Shown here one piece after another: positions 43,379 to 50,292 of a stretch of 63,561 bases of DNA. The position numbers were made by a program, and so were the translations under genes. The notes under the pieces are model-generated. The model saw nothing but the letters and a program-made list of their open reading frames with translations. It ran no database searches and had not been told where the DNA came from. This DNA is from an uncultured Pelagibacteraceae bacterium (GTDB taxonomy: Bacteria > Pseudomonadota > Alphaproteobacteria > Pelagibacterales > Pelagibacteraceae). The stretch is taken from assembly GCA_902597555.1 (NCBI GenBank), contig CACJYE010000001.1, positions 1-63,561 of the forward strand. The letters are read 5' to 3'. Each line of letters opens with the position of its first letter. Position 1 is the first letter of the stretch.

Positions 43379-43846
43379 ATGAGTGATCTCAACAAAGCGC
43401 CAAATGATTTTTTCAATAATTGGAATAAAATTAATTCCATGTCATATAGAAATGTTATTGAACTACATGTTAAGAGAAGTAGTGAAAAAAAGATATTAGC
43501 TTTAATTCAATTTGAATTAGATCAGTTTTCAGAAAATGTTCAAAAGGATTTGGTTATTTCTGAAACAAGTTCTTTCTATCAAGAAATATTAAATCTTTTC
43601 AGAGACTCAAACTGGTGGTCAACTGCTACAGTAACAGATGCTTGTAAATATTATTTAAACTGTGCAAGAAATAATATTTCTTATTTTGAAAACTATATAG
43701 AGGCAGATAGTAATTTGTCTCAAAATCAAAAAAATGAGATATTTGCCTTATATCAATTATGCACTCTATTTGTTTCTTGGAATGCTATTAAAGACAAACA
43801 AATAAGAGAAATTATAGATATTAGAAAAAGTTTATTTTTTAGATAA
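43379..43846 (+). CDS. Hypothetical protein
   Basis: 155-aa ORF with ATG start and natural helical composition; no motif recognised. Confidence 0.6.
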   Translation: MSDLNKAPNDFFNNWNKINSMSYRNVIELHVKRSSEKKILALIQFELDQFSENVQKDLVISETSSFYQEILNLFRDSNWWSTATVTDACKYYLNCARNNISYFENYIEADSNLSQNQKNEIFALYQLCTLFVSWNAIKDKQIREIIDIRKSLFFR

Positions 43847-44007
43847 ATATTTAGATTAATAATATTCATACTTGTTTTCTTGTCTTTTATATCTATCAGA
43901 GCGAATACTGACATAATTACCTTGTTCATAGGCATTGCACCAAAAATACGTCTTTGTTCTCTTGCTAGCGCAACACGATTACGCTCTATTCTCTCCTTTT
44001 CTTTCAT
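43753..44007 (-). CDS. Small hypothetical protein (3' end uncertain)
   Basis: Charged helical N-terminus MKEKERIERNRVALAREQRR. The last ~30 codons overlap the convergent ORF. Confidence 0.45.
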   Translation of the reverse strand: MKEKERIERNRVALAREQRRIFGAMPMNKVIMSVFALIDIKDKKTSMNIINLNIYLKNKLFLISIISLICLSLIAFQETNRVHN

Positions 44008-44104
44008 TTCTTTAGTAAATTCTCGATGTCAAAATAATCCCAAAGTCTTAAATGAAACTTATGTCACAGAGACAGATAATAAATATATTTGTAATTAAAA
44101 TCTC

Positions 44105-44296
44105 ATGAAAACAATATTTGTTATAGGTTCAAAAAAACATACACTAAAGTACACAAGAAAAATGCCCGAAGGTGAAGTTAAGAAAATGAAATCTTTTGTT
44201 ACAAACAAAGGTCAAAAGCTTGAGAAAACTTCAAAATTTAAAATTTTAAAAGTATCAGACGACAAAACTTCAAGAACTTTCAAAATCAGTCTTTAA
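44105..44296 (+). CDS. Small basic hypothetical protein
   Basis: 63-aa ORF ending 9 bp before the photolyase start; probably co-transcribed. Confidence 0.7.
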   Translation: MKTIFVIGSKKHTLKYTRKMPEGEVKKMKSFVTNKGQKLEKTSKFKILKVSDDKTSRTFKISL

Positions 44297-44305
44297 TTAT
44301 TTAAA

Positions 44306-45763
44306 ATGAACAAAATCGTATGGTTCAGGAACGATCTACGTGTATCTAATAATGATGCTTTTAACGAAGCTATTAAATCAGGAAAGATTTTACCAATTTA
44401 CATATTTGATAAAGAATATCACAAATTACCTACATCAAGCTCATTCCATTTAGATTTTTTAAAATCATCCTTAAACGATTTATCAAAAACACTAAGTGAA
44501 AAATATAATGCTAAACTCAATATATATTATGGAGATACATTAAAAATTTTAAGTCATTTAACTGATACATTTAAAATAAATGAGGTTTATTCAAATATAA
44601 TATTCAAGAACATGTATATAACTAACTTAGATAAAGAAGTTAGTTTTTTATTTAAAGAAAAAAATATTAACTGGAAAATATCAAATCAATTTGGCGTTCA
44701 ACTAAATCATAGAATTAGAAATAAATGGTCATATAATTGGAATAAATTTATAGATAGTGAAAGTGCTAATTCAAATTTAAATTGTAAGTTTATTTCAGAT
44801 GATTATGTAGAAGATTTATCGAAAATAAAAACAAATAATTTAGAAAATGGAAAAATTCAAATTGGCGGAAGACAAAACGCACTTCAACTTTTAGATTCAT
44901 TCCTTAATGACAGATCAGAAAATTACCAAAAAGAAATGTCTTCACCAATAACTGGAGAAACTTCTTGTTCTAGATTAAGTCCTCATATTGCATTTGGAAA
45001 TATTTCTATTAAAGAAATTTTTACAAAAACTGACGATAAATTAAAATCCAAATTATCTTTTTCAAAAAAGAAATCTTTAATTGCATTTAAAAGTCGATTA
45101 GCTTGGCACTGTCATTTTATTCAAAAGTTATATGATGAACCAGAAATTGAATTTAGAAATATGAATAGCGCTTATAATGGAATAAGAGAAAATGATTTTA
45201 ATGAAGATTATCATTTAGCATGGAAAAATGGAACTACTGGTTATCCCTTTGTTGATGCTTGCATGAGGTACCTCAGAACTAATGGATGGATTAATTTTAG
45301 AATGAGAGCAATGTTAGTTTCATTTGCGTCTTATCAATTATGGCTTGATTGGAAAAAAACATCAAAACATTTAGCAAAATTATTTACAGATTATGAGCCA
45401 GGCATTCATTATTCACAATTTCAAATGCAATCAGGAACAACAGGAATAAATTCAATAAGAATTTACAATCCAATTAAACAATCAATTGATCAAGATCCTA
45501 CCGGAGATTTTATCAAAAAATGGGTGCCAGAATTAAAAGAAATACCCAATAAATTAGTCCATGAGCCGTGGAAACTAACCTATATTGATCAAAAGGGCCT
45601 GGGTATTGAGATAGGAAAACATTATCCAAATCCAATTGTTGATCACCATTCTTCATCAAAGATTGCAAGAGATAAGATTTGGATGGTTAAAAAAACAGAA
45701 GAGGCAAAGTTTAATGCCAAAAAAATCTTAGAAAAGCACGCAAGTGTTAAGGGCAGACGATAA
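44306..45763 (+). CDS. Photolyase/cryptochrome-family flavoprotein
   Basis: VWFRNDLRVSNN, SRLSPHIAFG, GTTGYPFVDACMR, GWINFRMRAM, RIYNP and YPNPIVDH motifs. Confidence 0.93.
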   Translation: MNKIVWFRNDLRVSNNDAFNEAIKSGKILPIYIFDKEYHKLPTSSSFHLDFLKSSLNDLSKTLSEKYNAKLNIYYGDTLKILSHLTDTFKINEVYSNIIFKNMYITNLDKEVSFLFKEKNINWKISNQFGVQLNHRIRNKWSYNWNKFIDSESANSNLNCKFISDDYVEDLSKIKTNNLENGKIQIGGRQNALQLLDSFLNDRSENYQKEMSSPITGETSCSRLSPHIAFGNISIKEIFTKTDDKLKSKLSFSKKKSLIAFKSRLAWHCHFIQKLYDEPEIEFRNMNSAYNGIRENDFNEDYHLAWKNGTTGYPFVDACMRYLRTNGWINFRMRAMLVSFASYQLWLDWKKTSKHLAKLFTDYEPGIHYSQFQMQSGTTGINSIRIYNPIKQSIDQDPTGDFIKKWVPELKEIPNKLVHEPWKLTYIDQKGLGIEIGKHYPNPIVDHHSSSKIARDKIWMVKKTEEAKFNAKKILEKHASVKGRR

Positions 45764-45798
45764 TATTTTAAAAGTGCAATTAAATTAACAACACTTAA

Positions 45799-45884
45799 GA
45801 GATAAAACAAGAAAAGTGAAGATGTGAACAAAGAAAACTTGCAGAAACTCTGGAAAATTATTCAGGAAGCTGGCGATTATTTGG
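45799..45884 (+). repeat. Left copy of the duplicated 5' region of the 75-aa gene (attL-like)
   Basis: GAGATAAAACAA...GTGAACAA...AAACTCTGGAAA...GAAGCTGGCGATTATTTGG matches 47700-47785 without gaps (offset 1901 bp). Confidence 0.9.
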
Positions 45885-45892
45885 GGCGTTAG
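45824..45892 (+). pseudogene. Truncated 22-codon 5' remnant of the 47725-47952 gene
   Basis: Reads (M)NKENLQKLWKIIQEAGDYLGR* versus (M)NKANTSKLWKVIQEAGDYLVGQ...; 16 of the first 20 residues are identical. Confidence 0.88.
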
Positions 45893-45908
45893 AAGTACAA
45901 ACTTCTTC

Positions 45909-45938
45909 ACACTACCACACACTACTTTACACTAGTTG
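45909..45938 (+). repeat. Three 10-bp-period direct repeats with an ACACTA core
   Basis: ACACTACCAC ACACTACTTT ACACTAGTTG, starting about 25 bp inside the left junction. Confidence 0.8.
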
Positions 45939-45972
45939 CATGGATAATTAAAATTTAATTAAAAACAACTCG

Positions 45973-46024
45973 CATGAAGTTTCATCAATTTAAACAAGAA
46001 ACTAGATATACGGCTAGATATATT
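45973..46024 (+). repeat. Inner direct repeat, copy 1 (abuts the methyltransferase stop codon)
   Basis: CATGAagtTTCAT...TTTAAA...ACTAGATATACGGCTAGATATATT, with the 24-bp core at 46001-46024. Confidence 0.9.
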
Positions 46025-47638
46025 TTACCCAAATAAGCTTGCTTGATTACTAATTTGAGTTGCATCAGGAGTTTCAAAATGAACAGAAATTGGTGTTTTT
46101 GGTCTAACGCCTTTTAACAATTCTTCCACACTAATACATTCAACTTTTGGATACTTTTTACCAAAATAAATGTTAACACCCATTTGAGCAGCTGCTTTTA
46201 TCATGGTACTCTTAGGTTTTTCTAAAGTTACCAATAAACCACATTTTGCTTTATTTTTTTTCATTGAGCCAAACAAACTATCTACCATAGCAACTGAAAT
46301 ATTAGCTCCTGATTTTATTGAAACTATTCCTTTATCAAAAATAAATTGATTTTTTTTTTTATCAGCTACAATCCAAAATGTTCCATCTACTCCGCCATCT
46401 GATCCTCTTGTTGAATTATTTATTACACCAGGAATTAAATTATTTGCCCAGTACTGAAACTCCCAGTAAAGTTTAGGGTTTTTTTCACTTAAATCTCTTA
46501 ATTTAAATGCTTGACTTAAACTTTTAGGAATTCCATTTGACTTAAAATTTACTTTTTTAAATGAGTTTCTTAATCTTCTTTCAACTAATCCTATTGCTAA
46601 ATTAGTAATATCGATACCCACCCAATTTCTTTTTAAAGATTCTGCTGCAATGATTGTAGTTCCACATCCACAAAAAGGATCTAAAACAACATCTCCTTCA
46701 TTTGTTGAAGATAATATTATCTTTTCAAGTAATTTTAGTGGTTTTTGAGTGGGATATCCTAGTCTTTCTTTTGATCTCGATCCAATTGCTAAAATATCAT
46801 CAAAAATATCTTGATCAGGAATACCTTTAGCAGAGTCTAAATATCTTTTAACTCTGGCCATTCCTGTACCCGTGTAATGAATTTTATTTTCTTTATCTAA
46901 AGCTTTCATTTTTGTAAGAGAATACCTCCATATTCTTGTATGGCCTTTCCACTCATATTCATACCCTCCACCTTCAAGGCCAGATGCAGTAGCATTATCA
47001 GCCATATATTTGCCATTTTTATCTTCATATTTATAAAAATCTTCAACATATTTGGGATCATAAGGTTTATACGTTTTATTCCATTTATTTTTTTTATTAT
47101 TTTTTGTGTAATAAAGAATTATGTCATGTATCCTTCCAAATTTCTTTCCATCGCTATGTGCTGTGGTCCTCTTCCACACAATTTCATTTATAAAATTTTG
47201 ATTACCAAAGATATTATCTAGAATAATTTTTAAATAATGGCTTGCAGTTGTGTCACAATGTAAAAAAATTGAACCTGAATCTTTAAGTTTTTTTTTTAGG
47301 AAATATATTCTAATTGCCATATTGGTGAGATATGCCATCATATCACTTTCACCCATAAAAGATCTAAATGAGTGGAGAATATTGTAGACTTTTTTATCTT
47401 CTAAGGCTCCAAGCTCTGATAATACTTGTTCATCATCTTCGCCCCAAGACCAAGTGTCTGAAAAAGCCTCAACTTGAGTATTTTCAGATTTACTATTTGA
47501 AGGTGATTTATAAATAATGTTATAGGTCTTTTTGCTATTGAAGGGTGGATCTAGGTATATTAAATCAATACTCTCGTCACTAATTATTCTAGATTTCAAT
47601 ACATCTAAATTATCACCAAAAATTAACTGATTTTTCAC
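46025..47638 (-). CDS. N6A/N4C DNA methyltransferase (beta-class motif order) fused to a C-terminal Mrr-like PD-(D/E)xK domain
   Basis: GDNL, LIYLDPPFNS (motif IV), NEIVWKR, GYPTQKP and VLDPFCGCGTT (motif I). C-terminus has FQYWA...GSDGGVDG...IVSIKSG. GTG start. Confidence 0.92.
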   Translation of the reverse strand: MKNQLIFGDNLDVLKSRIISDESIDLIYLDPPFNSKKTYNIIYKSPSNSKSENTQVEAFSDTWSWGEDDEQVLSELGALEDKKVYNILHSFRSFMGESDMMAYLTNMAIRIYFLKKKLKDSGSIFLHCDTTASHYLKIILDNIFGNQNFINEIVWKRTTAHSDGKKFGRIHDIILYYTKNNKKNKWNKTYKPYDPKYVEDFYKYEDKNGKYMADNATASGLEGGGYEYEWKGHTRIWRYSLTKMKALDKENKIHYTGTGMARVKRYLDSAKGIPDQDIFDDILAIGSRSKERLGYPTQKPLKLLEKIILSSTNEGDVVLDPFCGCGTTIIAAESLKRNWVGIDITNLAIGLVERRLRNSFKKVNFKSNGIPKSLSQAFKLRDLSEKNPKLYWEFQYWANNLIPGVINNSTRGSDGGVDGTFWIVADKKKNQFIFDKGIVSIKSGANISVAMVDSLFGSMKKNKAKCGLLVTLEKPKSTMIKAAAQMGVNIYFGKKYPKVECISVEELLKGVRPKTPISVHFETPDATQISNQASLFG

Positions 47639-47650
47639 TAGTAAATATTA

Positions 47651-47698
47651 CATGATTCTTCATTTTTAAAATATACTAGATATACGACTAGATATATT
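47651..47698 (+). repeat. Inner direct repeat, copy 2 (upstream of the methyltransferase)
   Basis: CATGAttcTTCAT..TTTAAA....ACTAGATATACGACTAGATATATT. The core at 47675-47698 is 23/24 identical to 46001-46024. Confidence 0.9.
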
Positions 47699-47724
47699 GG
47701 AGATAAAACAAAGATTGGACTTTT

Positions 47725-47952
47725 GTGAACAAGGCAAACACAAGTAAACTCTGGAAAGTAATTCAAGAAGCTGGTGATTATTTGGTAGGTCAGTTACCTG
47801 ATCACCCAAATCACCCTAAAGGAAGAAACCCCTACGCGCACGTTGCCATATGTGTGAAAAGTAAATTCAATGCAAGTTACAAAGATATTCCTGATGAAAA
47901 ATATGACGAAGTTATTAAATACATTGAATTTTTAAAACAAAATCCAAATTAA
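47725..47952 (+). CDS. Small conserved-looking protein with an ORF6C-like C-terminus; insertion target
   Basis: 75 aa. HPKGRNPYAHV, then VKSKFNASYKDIPDEKYDEVIKYI, which resembles the ORF6C pattern K..F.v.SYKDIp...f.ea..yI. Confidence 0.8.
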   Translation: MNKANTSKLWKVIQEAGDYLVGQLPDHPNHPKGRNPYAHVAICVKSKFNASYKDIPDEKYDEVIKYIEFLKQNPN

Positions 47953-49068
47953 TTATTGTTTTGGAAAATAATCTTTGAGTTCACCTTCTCTGTAAACATC
48001 AGCTGTACAACAATGAAGGCCTCCTCCAAAAGCATATGCATCTCTAAGTTCCACTGGTATAACTTCCATTCCTAATTTATCTAATTGTTCAGCTTGATAA
48101 GTCTCACTTTTTTCCACACAAACAGTCTTAGGATTTAATACTAAAACATTCATTGATAGCCAAGTTGACGAATAACATAAGGGTGGTGGCTCGTTGTGAG
48201 CTGGTTGCGCACTATCTATAATTTCCCAACCATTATCCTCAAATAATTTTCTTTGTTCCTTAGGAAGTCTTCTTTGTGGGTTATTGATAATTAAACCCTC
48301 TTTTATTGGAGTAAAAGTAGCATCAATGTGAATTGGATAAGGATCACCTGGGAAGTTGACTGCATGTACTCTATGATCTTTATAGTGTCTTTTTAGCCAA
48401 TCAATTCCTTTAAGATTTGTTGTAAATCCATGTTGAACAACTAAATCCTTACCAAATCTTAATACATCTGCTGCATCAAATAATGGTTCTTCTTCAGTGG
48501 TTACAAAATATTTTTTCTCAGTCCACTCTAATCTTTTTTGAACACCAATTTTATCTGATAAATAATCTTTTCTATAATCTGCATCTGTTAGTCGTGGCTT
48601 TGGAGCAGACTCGTGTCTCATATTAGGATCTTGATTATAATAATCTTTTAGGAGTGGTCGGTAACATAAATATTCAAACCACCGACATCGATAACTCATT
48701 GTAGCCTCTAAAATTTCGTTTCCTACTGTTAACAACACATCTCTTGGAGGCATGCAACCAAACATAGTTTCGGCTTCCCAATCTGGTGTGGATGTTTTTT
48801 GATTAAAATCTATTGGTATTGGTCGATCAACTTTAATGCCCCTTTTTTTAAGCATGTTTGAAAAGTTATCTAATAATTCATTTGCTTTATCGACAGTATC
48901 TTTTGTTCTTGGTCCAAACTGACCTCGCATATCACTATCTTCTGGAACTTTTGCATCCAAAGCAGGCTCTGGTGCTGGTATACAAGTACCATCCGCTCTT
49001 CCAACAATAACATGTTTTAATGGATCCCATTCATTCCAACTATTAACAATAGTTTTATTCTCGCTCAT
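47953..49068 (-). CDS. Amidinotransferase (L-arginine:glycine amidinotransferase-like)
   Basis: VNSWNEWDPLKHVIVG and PRD; catalytic Asp (FDAAD), His (HIDATF) and Cys (GGGLHCCT). Confidence 0.92.
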   Translation of the reverse strand: MSENKTIVNSWNEWDPLKHVIVGRADGTCIPAPEPALDAKVPEDSDMRGQFGPRTKDTVDKANELLDNFSNMLKKRGIKVDRPIPIDFNQKTSTPDWEAETMFGCMPPRDVLLTVGNEILEATMSYRCRWFEYLCYRPLLKDYYNQDPNMRHESAPKPRLTDADYRKDYLSDKIGVQKRLEWTEKKYFVTTEEEPLFDAADVLRFGKDLVVQHGFTTNLKGIDWLKRHYKDHRVHAVNFPGDPYPIHIDATFTPIKEGLIINNPQRRLPKEQRKLFEDNGWEIIDSAQPAHNEPPPLCYSSTWLSMNVLVLNPKTVCVEKSETYQAEQLDKLGMEVIPVELRDAYAFGGGLHCCTADVYREGELKDYFPKQ

Positions 49069-49073
49069 AAAGA

Positions 49074-50291
49074 TCAGTTTTTTATAATATTATGCTCAGG
49101 GCCGAAAGGGAATTTTGTAATATTTTCTGCTCCATCTTTACCAATCACCAAAATATCGTGTTCCCTATAACCTCCTGAACCAGGATTACCTTCTGGTATC
49201 ATGATCATTGGCTCCATAGACACAACCATATTTTCCTCAAGAACAGTATCAATATCTTCTCTGAATTCTAAACCAGCTTCTCTTCCATAAAAGTGTGAAA
49301 GCATACCAAATGAATGTCCATAACCAAATGTTCGATACTGAAGATAACCAAGTTCAGCAAATAATTCATTTAACTCGTGACAAATATCAGAACACTTAAC
49401 GCCTGGTTTAATTAATTCTAATCCACGTTTGTGAACCTTAACATTTGCTTCCCAAGCTTTAAGAGATGCATCATCAGCATGATCCAAAAATAAAGTCCGC
49501 TCAAGTGCAGTGTAATATCCTGAGATCATTGGAAAAGAATTTAAAGATAAAATATCTCCTTTAATTAATTTTCTATTAGTCTTTGGATTGTGAGCTCCAT
49601 CTGTATTGATACCAGATTGAAACCATACCCAAGTATCCATGTACTCTGCATCTGGATAAGTTTTAGCAATCTCTCTTTCCATCCTATCTCTTGCTGCTAT
49701 TGCTACTTCGATCTCCGTATTATTTTCTCTAATATTTTTAACTATTTCTTCACCACCAATGTCTGCAATTCTTGCACCATTTCTGATGATCTCAATTTCT
49801 TCGTTCGATTTAATCATTCTAAGTTTCATTAGATCATTTGAAACATCACTAAACACAGAGAAAGTAAAAATAGACCCTATTTTTTCTCGCATATCTAACG
49901 TGACATGATCATTTTCTATTCCAATATTTTTTGGAGGTTCATCTCTTCCAATAATTGAAACAATGGCTCTTAAAAAATTATCCCTTTTCCAATCAGTATA
50001 AATAACGTTATCACAATGAGATCTACGCCATGGTTGACTTGCATCAATGTTGGCTGAAATAGTTGAGATTTTATTTTGAGTGATCACACACCCATATGGT
50101 CTACCAAAAGAGCAATAAATAAATCCAGTGTAATATGCAATGTTATGCATTGAGGTTAAGATGACCATATCAAGACCATTTTGATCCATCACTAATCTAA
50201 GTTTGCTTACTCGATCATTATATTCTTTGTCTGTGAAAGCTAATTTTACTTTTTCACCATTTTTAAGTTCAAAGAAATCTGGTCGTTCCAT
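49074..50291 (-). CDS. Creatinase (creatine amidinohydrolase, M24 fold)
   Basis: Creatinase-type motifs YCSFGRPYG, DTWVWFQSGINTDGAHNP, YTALERT, GYGHSFG, YGREAGLE and SMEPMI. Confidence 0.93.
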   Translation of the reverse strand: MERPDFFELKNGEKVKLAFTDKEYNDRVSKLRLVMDQNGLDMVILTSMHNIAYYTGFIYCSFGRPYGCVITQNKISTISANIDASQPWRRSHCDNVIYTDWKRDNFLRAIVSIIGRDEPPKNIGIENDHVTLDMREKIGSIFTFSVFSDVSNDLMKLRMIKSNEEIEIIRNGARIADIGGEEIVKNIRENNTEIEVAIAARDRMEREIAKTYPDAEYMDTWVWFQSGINTDGAHNPKTNRKLIKGDILSLNSFPMISGYYTALERTLFLDHADDASLKAWEANVKVHKRGLELIKPGVKCSDICHELNELFAELGYLQYRTFGYGHSFGMLSHFYGREAGLEFREDIDTVLEENMVVSMEPMIMIPEGNPGSGGYREHDILVIGKDGAENITKFPFGPEHNIIKN

Positions 50292-50292
50292 A

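Larger units (their letters stand above)
45885..47785. mobile_element. Putative 1.9 kb non-autonomous integrated element carrying a DNA methyltransferase and a replacement 5' end of the target gene
   Basis: Bounded by a duplicated target-gene segment ending in GATTATTTGG (45875-45884 and 47776-47785). Contains internal short repeats. No recombinase gene inside. Confidence 0.72.

Noticed and set aside
43880-44098. 72-aa plus-strand ORF
   Set aside because: It has a weak TTG start and overlaps the more protein-like minus-strand ORF, so it is probably a shadow.
45643-45831. 62-aa minus-strand ORF at the photolyase end
   Set aside because: It is antisense to the photolyase tail and to the duplicated upstream region, with no coding features.
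45909-46024. CRISPR array or tRNA in the longest intergenic region
   Set aside because: The repeats are only 10-12 bp in period, or two copies 1.7 kb apart, with no spacer pattern and no cas genes. No cloverleaf or T-loop motif was seen.
46001-46024. NrdR boxes (ACTAGATATA resembles part of the consensus)
   Set aside because: The palindromic right half is missing, the 12-bp period does not match usual tandem NrdR-box spacing, and no RNR gene is adjacent.
45885-47785. Classical IS/transposon, integron or prophage
   Set aside because: There is no transposase, integrase or phage gene, no terminal inverted repeats, and no RYYYAAC...GTTRRRY attC-type hairpin. The flanking duplication is long and diverged, unlike a target-site duplication.
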